Shown here in pieces: positions 54,476 to 64,000 of a stretch of 64,000 nt of DNA. The position numbers were made by a program, and so were the translations under genes. The first letter of the stretch is position 1. Every line of letters begins with the position of its first letter. The notes under the pieces were generated by a model. It searched no databases and was not told the origin of the DNA. It saw only the letters and a list, made by a program, of their open reading frames with translations. The stretch is from Phycisphaerae bacterium (GTDB lineage Bacteria > Planctomycetota > Phycisphaerae > SM23-33), in contig JBDKRA010000045.1 in assembly GCA_039683615.1 (NCBI GenBank), positions 133,704 to 197,703 on the forward strand, in the 5' to 3' direction.

Positions 54476-57400
54476 TCAGAGCTCTTTTCCCTGGAGCGTG
54501 CCTTGGGGTTGCTTTCCCCGTCGGCGCCAGGTGCGCAGGCGTTCAAATAACAGATAGAAGACCGGCGTGACGTAGAGCGTCAGGGTTTGGCTGAATATCA
54601 GCCCGCCGACGACGGCGATGCCGAGCGGGCGGCGGCTGTCGGCGCCGATCCCGCCGCCCAGGGCGATGGGCAGTCCGGCCATCAGGGCCGCCACCGTCGT
54701 CATCATAATCGGGCGAAAGCGGATCAGGCAGGCCTCGTAGATCGCGTCGTGGGGGCTCTTTCCCTCGCGGCGCTGGGCCTCGATGGCGAAGTCGATCATC
54801 ATGATCCCGTTCTTCTTCACCAGGCCCACCAGCATGATGATGCCCACGAACGCATAGAGCGACAGGTCGGTCCCCGTCAGCGCCAGGGCGGCCAGCGCGC
54901 CGAAGCCCGCAAACGGCAAGGCCGTCAGAATCGTGATGGGGTGGATGAAGCTCTCGTACAAGATGCCCAGCACGAGGTAGATCACCAAGACCGCCACGGC
55001 GATCAGCAGCAGCATGCCCGACTGCGACGACTGGAACGCCTGCGCCGTCCCCTGGAAACTCGTGGACATCGTCGCCGGCAGGTCGCTGGCCAGCCGCTGC
55101 ACCTCCGCCACGGCCGGGCCCAGCGAACTTCCCGGCGGGAGGTTGAACGAGATCGTCACCGAGGGCAATTGCCCGAGGTGGTTGATCGTCAGCGGGCCCA
55201 CGCCCTCGGTGAGCGTCGCGACGGCCGACAGCGGCACCAGCGGCCCGTTGGACGAGCGAGTATAGATCAGGCGCAGGTCGCTGGGGTACTGCTGGTACGG
55301 GATCAGCGATTCGAGAATCACCTGGTACTGGTTGTTGGGCGCCAGGATGGTCGAGATCTGGCGCGAGGCGTAGGCGTTGAACAGCGTCGTCTCGATCTGC
55401 CGGGCGTTGAGGCCGTACGCGCGGGCCTTGTCGCGGTCGATCTGCACGGTGACCTGCGGATTCTTGATCTGCAGGTCGCTGGTGACATCCTGGAACCCGG
55501 GGCGTCCGCGCAGGCGGGCCTCGAGCTTCTGGGCGTACTGGTACAGGGCGGTGGTGTCGGGGCCCTGGATCGTGTACTGGTACTGGCTCTTGGTGAGCTG
55601 CCCGCCGACGGAGATGATCGGCGGATTCTGGGGAAAGACCTCGACCCCCGGAACGTCCGACAGCGAGCGGCGAAGCACCTGGACGATCTGGTCGGCCGAC
55701 GCCTCGCGTTGGCTGGGCGGCTTGAGGCGGATGAAGATGAATCCGGTGTTGAGCGCGCCGAAGCCCCCTCGCCCGCCGGCGCTGGACATGAAGGAGTCGA
55801 CGAAACTGAACTGCTGGATGGCGTCGTTGACGGCCTGCTGGTGGGCGAACATCGACTCGTACGAGATGCCCTCGGACGCCTGCACGTAGCAGAACACCTG
55901 CGAGCGGTCTTCGCTGGGCAGGAAGCCCTTGGGCACGGCCACAAACAGCCAGAAGGTGCCCGCCAGCACCGCCAGCGAGACCAGCACGGTGATCAGGCGG
56001 TGGGCCAGCACCGGCCTGAGCGTGCGTCCGTAGAGGCCGACGATGCGTTCGAAGGCCCGCTCGCCGGCGGCGTACAGGCGGCCGCGGCGACCGCTCTGCG
56101 GCGGGCGCAGGAAGCGGCTGCACATCATCGGCGTCAGCGTCAGCGAGACGAACCCGGAGATCAGCACAGCCGCGCCGATGGTGACGGCGAACTCGCGGAA
56201 CAGCCGCCCGACGATACCGCCCATGAACAACACGGGGATGAAGACCGCCGAGAGCGAGATGGTCATCGAGATGATGGTGAAGCCGATTTCTCGCGAGCCC
56301 TCCAGCGCCGCCTGCAGGCGGGGCTTGCCCATCTCCATGTGGCGGACGATATTTTCGAGCATGACGATGGCGTCGTCGACGACGAACCCCACCGACAGCG
56401 TCAGGGCCATCAGCGAGAGGTTGTCCAGGCTGTAGTTCAGCAGGTACATCACGGCGAAGGTCGCGATGATGGACATCGGCAGCGTCAGGCTGGGAATGAT
56501 CGTCGCGGCGACGCTGCGCAGGAACAGGAAGATCACCGCCACCACCAGAGCCAGCGTCAGCAGCAGCGTGACCTGCACGTCGTTGGCCGATGCCTCGACC
56601 GCCTGCGAGCGGTCATACAGCATGTGCAGCGAGACGGAGGTGGGCAGTTGCGCCTGGAAGGTCGGCAGCAGTTTCTTGACGGCGCCGGCCACCTCGACCG
56701 TGTTGGTGCCCGGCTGGCGCTGGATCGCCAGGATCACAGACCGCTGCTGGCTTTGGCGCGTGCAGTACCAGGCGGCGGTCGTGTCGTTCTCGACGCTGTC
56801 GAAGACCGTGGCGACGTCTTGCAGCCGCACGACGGCGCCGCCGCGATACGCGACGATCAGCGGTCGGTAGGCGGCCGCGTCGTTGAGCTGCCCGGTGGCC
56901 TCGATGGTGAAGGCCTTGTGCGGACCGTAGAGCACGCCGGTGGGCAGCGTGACGTTTCCCTCCTGCACCGCCTGGGCGACTTCGTCGATGCTCAGGTTGA
57001 TGTTGGCCAGCAGCGAGGGATTCGCGCGGATGCGGACGGCGTATTTCTGCGCGCCGAAAACCACCACCTGCGCCACGCCGGAGATGGTGCTGATGCGCTG
57101 GGCCATCAGCGTCTCGCCGTATTCGTCCAGCGTCCAGACCGGCAGCGTCGGGCTGGTCAGGGCGATGTAGAGGATCGGTTGATCCGCCGGGTTGACCTTG
57201 CGGAACGAGGGCGGATTGGGCAGCTCGGGCGGGAGTTGGCCCCCGGCCTGCGAAATAGCCGCCTGCACGTCCAGCGCCGCCGCGTCGATGCTGCGAGACA
57301 GGTCGAACTGCAGCGTGATCTGCGTGCTGCCCAGTTGGCTCGATGAGGACATCGACGCCAGCCCCGCGATGGTGGTGAACTGCTTTTCGAGCGGCGTGGC

Positions 57401-57589
57401 GACCGCCGAGGCCATGGTCTCGGGGCTGGCCCCGGGCAACGCGGCGGAAACCAGGATGGTGGGGAAATCGACGTTGGGCAAGTCGCTGACGGGCAGGTCG
57501 CGGTAGCTGATCACGCCCACCAGCAGCAGTCCGGCCATCATCAGCGTGGTCATCACCGGCCGGCGGATGCACAGCTCGGGCAGGTTCAT
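54476..57589 (-). CDS. RND efflux transporter permease (AcrB/HAE1-like)
   Basis: 1037 aa with 12 TM helices. N-terminus MNLPELCIRRPVMTTLMMAGLLLVG is typical of ACR_tran. Confidence 0.85.
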   Translation of the reverse strand: MNLPELCIRRPVMTTLMMAGLLLVGVISYRDLPVSDLPNVDFPTILVSAALPGASPETMASAVATPLEKQFTTIAGLASMSSSSQLGSTQITLQFDLSRSIDAAALDVQAAISQAGGQLPPELPNPPSFRKVNPADQPILYIALTSPTLPVWTLDEYGETLMAQRISTISGVAQVVVFGAQKYAVRIRANPSLLANINLSIDEVAQAVQEGNVTLPTGVLYGPHKAFTIEATGQLNDAAAYRPLIVAYRGGAVVRLQDVATVFDSVENDTTAAWYCTRQSQQRSVILAIQRQPGTNTVEVAGAVKKLLPTFQAQLPTSVSLHMLYDRSQAVEASANDVQVTLLLTLALVVAVIFLFLRSVAATIIPSLTLPMSIIATFAVMYLLNYSLDNLSLMALTLSVGFVVDDAIVMLENIVRHMEMGKPRLQAALEGSREIGFTIISMTISLSAVFIPVLFMGGIVGRLFREFAVTIGAAVLISGFVSLTLTPMMCSRFLRPPQSGRRGRLYAAGERAFERIVGLYGRTLRPVLAHRLITVLVSLAVLAGTFWLFVAVPKGFLPSEDRSQVFCYVQASEGISYESMFAHQQAVNDAIQQFSFVDSFMSSAGGRGGFGALNTGFIFIRLKPPSQREASADQIVQVLRRSLSDVPGVEVFPQNPPIISVGGQLTKSQYQYTIQGPDTTALYQYAQKLEARLRGRPGFQDVTSDLQIKNPQVTVQIDRDKARAYGLNARQIETTLFNAYASRQISTILAPNNQYQVILESLIPYQQYPSDLRLIYTRSSNGPLVPLSAVATLTEGVGPLTINHLGQLPSVTISFNLPPGSSLGPAVAEVQRLASDLPATMSTSFQGTAQAFQSSQSGMLLLIAVAVLVIYLVLGILYESFIHPITILTALPFAGFGALAALALTGTDLSLYAFVGIIMLVGLVKKNGIMMIDFAIEAQRREGKSPHDAIYEACLIRFRPIMMTTVAALMAGLPIALGGGIGADSRRPLGIAVVGGLIFSQTLTLYVTPVFYLLFERLRTWRRRGKQPQGTLQGKEL

Positions 57590-58809
57590 TTCTCGCCTCC
57601 GCCTGCCGGCGCCGGCAGGCTCGATGCCGCCGCAGACGACGCTGCCCGGCTGGAGGCGCCGGGCCGGCTGGCGGCGCCCTGGGGCATCACCTCGGGCAGG
57701 ATCCGCACAGTCAAGCCGTCAACCAGGCGCAACTGCCCGTCGACTACGACCGTCTCTCCGCCGGAGAGACCCTTGGCGATGATGCTCTGATCGTCCTGCG
57801 TGCGGTCCACCTCGACCGGTTGCATGCGGGCCTTGAGACGGCTGTCGATGACGAACACGAACGTGCCGTTCTGGCCGGCCTGGACCGCCCGCGAGGGAAC
57901 CAGCACGGCGCCGGGCTGGACCGTCAGCGTCAGCGCCACGTCCACGAACTGACCGGGCCAGAGGCGGTTGTCGGTGTTGGCGAAGGTCCCCTTGAGCAGG
58001 ATGGTTCCCGTGGCCGGATCGACCGTGTTGTTGATGAACGTCAGCGCCCCCAGCGACGGCGGCTGCGTGCGGTCGGCCATGTACGCCTGCAGCGGCAGGG
58101 CGCCGCTGGAGTGCTGGTAGCGGCGGATTTCATCGAGATGCCGCTGCGCCAAGGTGAAGGTGACATAGATCGGATGGATCTGGTTAAGCGTCAGCAGCGC
58201 CGTGTCGTGGATCGCCACGACGTTGCCGGTCTTGATCGTCACCTCGCCGGCGACCCCCTCGATGGGGGCATAGATGTAGCAGTACGCCAGTTGCAGCTTG
58301 GCGCTTTCCACGGCCGCCTGGTCCACCTTGGTGGAATCGGTCAGCGTGCGCACGGCGGTCTTGGCGGTATCGACCTCATCCAGCGTGGCCGCCCCCTTCT
58401 GATTCATCAAGACTGTGCGCTGCAACTCACGTTTGGCGAACTCCAATTGTCCGCTGTCCTTGGCCAATGCCGCCTGCGCCTGGGCCAGCGACGCCTGCGC
58501 CGGACGCGGGTCGACCCCGAAGAGCAGTTGCCCCTTGTCGACCAGCGATCCCTCGACGACGTGCACCTCGACAATCGGCCCGGCGATCTGCGAGCGGACC
58601 ACCACCGACGAATACGCCGTAACCGTGCCGATGGTGTGCACCTGCACGGGCGTGTCGGCCACCATGACCGTGGCCACGCTGACCGGCACGGCCGGCGGCG
58701 GCGACGGCGCCTGGCGAGGACTGCATCCTGCCGCGGCCAGGACGGCTGCGGTCACAAGTCCGCCGACATGCAAGCGCAGCCCGCCGCAAAGAAGTTTCTT
58801 CCGACGCAT
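57586..58809 (-). CDS. RND efflux periplasmic adaptor (membrane-fusion protein), lipoprotein
   Basis: Lipobox LAAAGC. Coiled-coil/HlyD-like middle region. 4-nt overlap with the permease gene. Confidence 0.75.
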   Translation of the reverse strand: MRRKKLLCGGLRLHVGGLVTAAVLAAAGCSPRQAPSPPPAVPVSVATVMVADTPVQVHTIGTVTAYSSVVVRSQIAGPIVEVHVVEGSLVDKGQLLFGVDPRPAQASLAQAQAALAKDSGQLEFAKRELQRTVLMNQKGAATLDEVDTAKTAVRTLTDSTKVDQAAVESAKLQLAYCYIYAPIEGVAGEVTIKTGNVVAIHDTALLTLNQIHPIYVTFTLAQRHLDEIRRYQHSSGALPLQAYMADRTQPPSLGALTFINNTVDPATGTILLKGTFANTDNRLWPGQFVDVALTLTVQPGAVLVPSRAVQAGQNGTFVFVIDSRLKARMQPVEVDRTQDDQSIIAKGLSGGETVVVDGQLRLVDGLTVRILPEVMPQGAASRPGASSRAASSAAASSLPAPAGGGEK

Positions 58810-58875
58810 ATAAGCTCCTACCTATTTTAGTCGCCGCCGTAATAGGTCACACACTCTTCCCACCGCGGCGCTATT

Positions 58876-59352
58876 ATGGATACAATGTCGCAGCCATTTG
58901 AAAGGACACGCATGAATCTGCCGCAATACATCACGCCCGAGGAAGTCGCCAGCGTCTGCAGGCAGTTGAAGATCCGCGACTGGACCACCATCGCCGACGG
59001 AAGAGTGACCCTCGACGAGGCCCGCATCATCCTGGGCGAGATGCGCGTCGAAGAGCGCATCGACCCGGAAGACTTCCGCCGCGGGCTGGAAGTCGAGCTC
59101 GAACACGGCACGCGATTCCCCGACGCCAACGTCACCAACAACCACCCCATCCTCACCGGCAAGATCGTGCTGGCCCACCTCAAGGAAACGCTCGACTACT
59201 ACAGCCGACTCGAGATCGCCGAACTCGAGGGCGACTTGATGAAGTCGATCACGGCCGCCGGCGCCGCCAAACTGCAGGATTATTCCATGCGCCTCGCCCA
59301 GGCCCGGATCGACCTGGCCCAGCGCGAAGCCAAGAAGCTGTCCAACGGATAA
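58876..59352 (+). CDS. hypothetical protein
   Basis: 158-aa ORF with no recognisable motif; GC3-rich and consistent with the genome. Confidence 0.35.
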   Translation: MDTMSQPFERTRMNLPQYITPEEVASVCRQLKIRDWTTIADGRVTLDEARIILGEMRVEERIDPEDFRRGLEVELEHGTRFPDANVTNNHPILTGKIVLAHLKETLDYYSRLEIAELEGDLMKSITAAGAAKLQDYSMRLAQARIDLAQREAKKLSNG

Positions 59353-59466
59353 AGTCGCGTCCACGAGGGGTGCCCTGGCGGCCGTTCCCCAACCGCCATC
59401 TCGCGGAAAGCTTCGGGGACACGGCGGCTGCGCGCCGGCCGCCATGGCGCCCAGGTGACATAAGCC

Positions 59467-60492
59467 ATGCGCCCGACTCAAACATCGCGAAAGCTGGTCG
59501 ATCTGCGAAGCCTGCTGGCGGGCAAGACTTCGCTGATGATCGTCCTGCAGGACAACCCCGACCCCGACGCCCTGGCCGCGGCGATGGCGCTGCGGAAGCT
59601 CGGGCATCACCTCGCCAACGTGCAGTGCACGCTGACCAGCGGCGGCAGCGTCGGCCGGGCGGAGAACCGCGCCCTGATGCGATACCTCGACGCCAACGTG
59701 CGCCCCATCGCGCAGATCGAGCCCTCGCGATTCGACGTCATCGCCACCGTCGACACGCAGCCGGGCCTGGGCAACAACTCCCTGCCCCAGGGCATCGTCC
59801 CCCAGATCGTCATCGACCACCATCCCCTGCACGACGAAACGCGACGCGCCCGGTTCTTCGATATCCGAAGCCGTTACGGCGCCTCCTCCACCATCCTCTG
59901 GGAATATCTCAAGGCCGCCGGTCTGACCCCCGAGGCCCCGCTGGCCACGGCATTGCTGTACGGGATCCAGAGCGACACCCAAGACTTCGGCCGCGAGGCC
60001 ACCGCAGCGGACAAACTCGCCTATGGCGAGTTGTACCCCCTGGCCAACAAGCGCATCCTGGGCACCATCCAGCGCGGCGAGGAGCCCACCGAATACTACC
60101 GCGTGCTGGTGACGGCGCTGGCCGGGGCGAACCTGGCCGGCAAGTGCATCTACAGCAATCTCGGAACGGTCGACAACGCCGACATGATCGCCGAAGTGGC
60201 CGACCTGCTCCTGCGCCACGAACAGGCCGAGTGGTCGCTGTGCTGGGGATACGATGGCTCGCGAGTGCTGCTGAGTCTTCGCACGATCCTGCCCGACGGC
60301 CGCGCCGATGTCGTCATTCGCCACATCGTCCTGCACAAGGGCACCGGCGGCGGGCATCGCAGCATGGCCGGCGGGCAGATTGCCATGCCCTTGCCCGAGG
60401 GCACGGCGCAGAGCAAACTCGACCGCCTCATCGTCCGGCGTTTCCTGCATGCCACCGGCAATGATAAGGCCCCTGTGCACAAGTTGTTGTGA
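59467..60492 (+). CDS. DHH/DHHA1-family phosphoesterase (NrnA-like oligoribonuclease/pAp phosphatase)
   Basis: DHH motifs (IVLQDNPDPDALAAAMAL, VIDHHP), DHHA1 motif GGGH near the C-terminus. Confidence 0.7.
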   Translation: MRPTQTSRKLVDLRSLLAGKTSLMIVLQDNPDPDALAAAMALRKLGHHLANVQCTLTSGGSVGRAENRALMRYLDANVRPIAQIEPSRFDVIATVDTQPGLGNNSLPQGIVPQIVIDHHPLHDETRRARFFDIRSRYGASSTILWEYLKAAGLTPEAPLATALLYGIQSDTQDFGREATAADKLAYGELYPLANKRILGTIQRGEEPTEYYRVLVTALAGANLAGKCIYSNLGTVDNADMIAEVADLLLRHEQAEWSLCWGYDGSRVLLSLRTILPDGRADVVIRHIVLHKGTGGGHRSMAGGQIAMPLPEGTAQSKLDRLIVRRFLHATGNDKAPVHKLL

Positions 60493-60584
60493 TCCTCCGA
60501 TCAAGTTGGTCGTATGAAGACGCCCGGAATTTTCTGAGATGAACATAGGGGCGTGTATACAATTTTGGAAAGTTTGTACGTTGT

Positions 60585-62231
60585 ATGCGAAGGAATGCTA
60601 TGCCTACCCCTAACCGAGGCAGGCCTAAGACCCGGAAAGGGGAGGTCCGAGCAGGCCGCAAAACCGAATCAGGCCAAGACCTCGCGTCGCTGCGCCGCCA
60701 GTCGCGCACCCTGGAGGGGTTCTTTGGGCATTCACCGACGCCGCTGGTGATCCTCGATCGCGATTTCAATTTCGTCCGCGTCAACGACGCCTACGCCCAC
60801 GCCTGTCAGAAAGATGTGGAGGATTTTGCCGGACTCAACCACTTCGCCCTTTACCCGCACCAGGAGAACGAGGCGATCTTCCGCGACGTCGTCCGCACCG
60901 GCCGGCCCTTCCGCACCGACGCCAAGCCGTTCGACTTTCCCGACCATCCCGAGTGGGGCACGACGTACTGGAACTGGACGCTCACGCCGCTGATCGACCA
61001 GCGCGGACAGGTGGAACTGCTGTTGTTCGCCTTGGAAGACGTCACGCGCCTCCACCAGGCCCAGCGCCAGTTGGCCGCTCTCAACTGCCAGCTCCACTGC
61101 CGCGCAGGCCATCTCCAGGCGATGGCCCTGGAGGTTCACCAGTCCGAGCAGCGTGAACGCCGCCGCCTGGCGGTCCTCCTTCATGACAACCTCCAGCAGG
61201 CCCTCGTCGGGGCCAAGCTCAGCCTGACGGCCGCGCGAAACCGCGCCCACGACCGGCCCGTCAAAGACGCTCTCTCGCAGGTCGACGCCCTCCTGGCCCA
61301 TTCGATCGAGGCCTCGCGCGTCCTGGCGATGGATCTCAGCCCGCTCATCGTTTACGAAGCCGATCTGGCGGCGGCTTTGGGGTGGCTCGCCCGCCAGATG
61401 CAGACCATGCATGGCGTCGACGTGCAGGTTCGCGCCGATGGCGTTCTGGCCGAGCCCATCGAGCCGCTACGGGTCTTTCTGTTCACGGCCGCACGCGAAC
61501 TGCTGCTCAACGTCGCGCGGCACTCGCAGGCCCAGCAGGCCGACGTCTCGCTGCGAAGCACCGGGGACGTCATCATGGTCACCGTCACCGACCGGGGCGT
61601 CGGGTTCGATGTCGCCGCCACACGCGCCGCCGGCGGTTCGACGGGCGGGTTCGGTCTTTTCAGCATCGCCCAGCGCATCGAACTGCTGGGCGGCTCGCTG
61701 ACCATCGACAGCTCGCCCGGCCGCGGCAGTACCGTCGTGCTGACCGCCCCGCTGGCCAAGAACCCCGCCGCCAAGGTCGTGGTTTCGCCAACCTCGGCGG
61801 CGCCTCAGACGTCGACCCTGGCGCAGCGCCAGGGCAAGCGCATCACCGTGCTGCTGGTCGACGATCACAAGGTCATGCGCGAAGGCCTGGCCGCCCTGCT
61901 GGGCGAAGAGCCCGATATCGAAATCGTCGGCGAGGCCGCCGACGGCAAGACCGCTATCGAACTGGCCCAAAGCGCGCGTCCCGACGCGATCATCATGGAC
62001 ATATCGATGCCCGGCATGAACGGCATCGAGGCCACCGCCGAGATCATCGCCCATCAGCCGGAGATCTGCATCATCGGCCTGTCGATGCACGATGAGTCGG
62101 ATATGGCCGCCAAGATGCGCCACGCCGGCGCCAAGGCCTACGTCAGCAAAGGCGGTCCAGCCGAAGACCTCTTAGCCGCCATCCGCGCCAACGTCGTCAA
62201 GACCTCAGGCAGTGCGATATTGGAGGATTAA
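60585..62231 (+). CDS. hybrid sensor histidine kinase (PAS + HisKA_3 + HATPase_c + C-terminal receiver)
   Basis: PAS-like LVILDRDFNFVRVNDAY. HisKA_3 H-box RRRLAVLLHDNLQQ. HATPase GGFGLFSI. Receiver ITVLLVDDHKVMREGL...IIMDISMPGMNG...KAYVSK. Confidence 0.7.
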   Translation: MRRNAMPTPNRGRPKTRKGEVRAGRKTESGQDLASLRRQSRTLEGFFGHSPTPLVILDRDFNFVRVNDAYAHACQKDVEDFAGLNHFALYPHQENEAIFRDVVRTGRPFRTDAKPFDFPDHPEWGTTYWNWTLTPLIDQRGQVELLLFALEDVTRLHQAQRQLAALNCQLHCRAGHLQAMALEVHQSEQRERRRLAVLLHDNLQQALVGAKLSLTAARNRAHDRPVKDALSQVDALLAHSIEASRVLAMDLSPLIVYEADLAAALGWLARQMQTMHGVDVQVRADGVLAEPIEPLRVFLFTAARELLLNVARHSQAQQADVSLRSTGDVIMVTVTDRGVGFDVAATRAAGGSTGGFGLFSIAQRIELLGGSLTIDSSPGRGSTVVLTAPLAKNPAAKVVVSPTSAAPQTSTLAQRQGKRITVLLVDDHKVMREGLAALLGEEPDIEIVGEAADGKTAIELAQSARPDAIIMDISMPGMNGIEATAEIIAHQPEICIIGLSMHDESDMAAKMRHAGAKAYVSKGGPAEDLLAAIRANVVKTSGSAILED

Positions 62232-62527
62232 ACAAAGAAATCTAACGAGACGTTGAAGGACGCTCTGCATTGAGTTGAAGATTCATCAAAAGACCGACAC
62301 TCCCCGCCGCTCTCCCCGCGACATGCGCGCAAAAAAGCAGCCAAGGTGGATTAGGACTGACCAAGTTTTACCTTGATCAACCGAGGAGAACCTTGGCCTC
62401 GTGGAAACAGGTGCTTGAGATCGATCCTCATGTGAATGAGGGGTCGATTTCCCTCCCTCTTTCACCTGCTCCATTACTATCATAGGATCGCACGGCGCCA
62501 TTCTCAAATCGGCCCGGCGGAAATTAT

Positions 62528-64000
62528 TCATGGCATCTCGCACAGGTCGCCGTCGCAGAAGCGCGCTTCGAGTTCCTGCTCGTGATCGAGATCTCCCCGC
62601 AGCGGGCGCAGGCCGCCGGCGATGCGCTCATACTGGCTGCGGGTGATCTGCTCATACGGCGGCTGCTGGTACCCGTGCCCGCGCGAAGGCAGGAACACGA
62701 CGGCCTTGAGGCGGTTTTCGTAGTCATGCAGCAGGCCGGGCAGTTGCCCGCCCTCGCGATCGGGGTCGAACTCGGCGGTGATGCTCACCTGGTTGTCTGA
62801 CCAGAACCGCTGCATCTGCGCGGCCAGGTCGACCTTCTCCAGCAGCGGCACGTCGCTCTTGCAGCGGCCCAGCCGCTCGACGTGAACCGGAAACGACACC
62901 ACCACGGTGTTCTGCGAATACACGTCGTCTTCAACGTGATAGCCGCTGCGGCGGCACATCTCCACCAGCGGGTGGCCCATCGTCACGCGGACGCGGCGGA
63001 TGTAATACGGCGCGTGCTCCCAGTGGACCCCCGGCGTCGCCCCCGCCAGCAGGCTCACCGTGCCCGAGGGCTTGACCGACGTGAGCTTGATCGACCGCGG
63101 CACGGCAAGGGCGGCCGAATGCTCCTCGTCCAGCCGCCGCAAGAACGCATATGCCCGGTCGCACCAGCGGAAGAACTCCCCGTAGCCGAACTTGTCGATG
63201 GCCTGCACCACGCCGGTCATCGAGCAGCCCAGGCGGCGGTTGCGCAGCATGACGGCGTTGGTGGCGGCGTCTTCAGTCTCCACCAGCGTGACGGCCTTGG
63301 CGTACCTGTACGCCACGGCCAGCGTCCGCTGGTAGTCCTCGAAGCTCTCGTGGTGGGCGGGAAAGGTCTCGACGAGGCAGCACAGCTCGCGGTCCCACAG
63401 CGTCTGCTCGACGCAAGGGTTCGATCCCTCGGCCGCCGCGTCGAGCCAGTTGGGCTCGTCGCCCATGCGGCCGTACGCTCGGGCGTTCTCCAGCCACATG
63501 TACCCCGGCTCGCCGGTGGCCACCGTTCGCCGCACCGCCGCCGAGTAGTCCATCCCCGCGCTGGCGAAGATGGAGTTGTTCGACGCCCAGCGATACTCCA
63601 GGACCTTGTTGCGGTCCTGCTTGAGGTCCATGAACTCTTCGTCGTCGGCCTCGCCGAAGGCGATCTGCGCCGAGCGGCGGATGCCGCCGGCCACCACGCA
63701 GCGCCCGATGAGATTCATCGCGTCGACGATCAAGCGCGAGTCGACCCTTCGGCCGGCGTAGCTGCCCAGCAGCGTCTGCAGGTCGGCGAGCATTCTCGAC
63801 AGAGGCCCCGGTCCGCTGGCGAATCCGCCGAAGCTGCGCAGGGCGGACCCGTGCGGGCGGATCTGCGAAAAATCCCAGCCGGCCGGCAGTGAGCCTTTCC
63901 CCACGTACGCGTTGAGCAGGCGTCCGAGGGCGCCGGCCCAGCCTTCGCGGCTGTCGCCGATGATGTGTACGTCCTGGGCGACCCGCGCGGCAACAATGGC
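62528..64000 (-). CDS. nrdJ: adenosylcobalamin-dependent (class II) ribonucleotide reductase, C-terminal part (gene continues past the window end)
   Basis: Active-site motif SNPCVEQTL (NPC-x-E) and KPSGTVSLLAG. The reading frame is open to nt 64000 with no start, so the 5' end is off-window. Confidence 0.7.
   Translation of the reverse strand, partial: AIVAARVAQDVHIIGDSREGWAGALGRLLNAYVGKGSLPAGWDFSQIRPHGSALRSFGGFASGPGPLSRMLADLQTLLGSYAGRRVDSRLIVDAMNLIGRCVVAGGIRRSAQIAFGEADDEEFMDLKQDRNKVLEYRWASNNSIFASAGMDYSAAVRRTVATGEPGYMWLENARAYGRMGDEPNWLDAAAEGSNPCVEQTLWDRELCCLVETFPAHHESFEDYQRTLAVAYRYAKAVTLVETEDAATNAVMLRNRRLGCSMTGVVQAIDKFGYGEFFRWCDRAYAFLRRLDEEHSAALAVPRSIKLTSVKPSGTVSLLAGATPGVHWEHAPYYIRRVRVTMGHPLVEMCRRSGYHVEDDVYSQNTVVVSFPVHVERLGRCKSDVPLLEKVDLAAQMQRFWSDNQVSITAEFDPDREGGQLPGLLHDYENRLKAVVFLPSRGHGYQQPPYEQITRSQYERIAGGLRPLRGDLDHEQELEARFCDGDLCEMP

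Noticed and set aside
62286-62543. 85-aa minus-strand ORF in the kinase/nrdJ convergent gap
   Set aside because: Starts inside the last codons of nrdJ in another frame, with no SD and no recognisable features.

Overview
This is a high-GC (roughly 62-66%) bacterial chromosomal window of about 50 protein genes and one tRNA. The gene content points to a Planctomycetota/Verrucomicrobiota-like organism: a PEP-CTERM giant adhesin with PATR-type repeats, three Cys-type sulfatases, a GH2 glycosidase, a sugar ABC binding protein, and cdaA-cdaR. Housekeeping genes include accA, pyrF, tyrA, proA, folP, ftsH, recO, ffh, mtnP, msrBA, the 3' end of nrdJ, and a tRNA-Met(CAU). There is also an RND efflux pair, two two-component modules and a LexA/CI-like repressor. 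The ORF track contains many long antisense frames that are high-GC artefacts; I trimmed them.

The most promising candidate for an undescribed system is a translationally coupled pair of radical-SAM enzymes at 21601-24490. The first is a cobalamin-binding class-B radical-SAM enzyme. The second has an AlbA/sactisynthase-like layout: a roughly 120-aa N-terminal extension that may be an RRE, then CxxxCxxC at residues 124/128/131, then a Cys-rich SPASM tail. This looks like a RiPP-type or other peptide/protein-modifying locus, and no precursor is annotated. A 35-bp repeat element (GAGAACACGAATGWCACGAAT...GCGAATGG) sits immediately upstream as a perfect inverted pair. Copies of the same element lie 45-80 nt upstream of a sulfatase gene and over the stop codon of the PEP-CTERM gene. 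A low-GC islet at 24500-25170 lies immediately downstream of the pair and contains a 40-bp-stem hairpin, a ParB-like N-terminal fragment, and a horizontally acquired-looking 80-aa zinc-ribbon/Cys-rich ORF.

Other unusual items are a GH2-GNAT fusion with a REP-like palindrome exactly at the domain junction, a GAF-URO-D-like fusion convergent with a second URO-D-like gene, a small secreted 14-residue-repeat protein, and at least five families of intergenic palindromic/REP-like repeats, three of which overlap stop codons. No CRISPR array, transposase or integrase was recognised.
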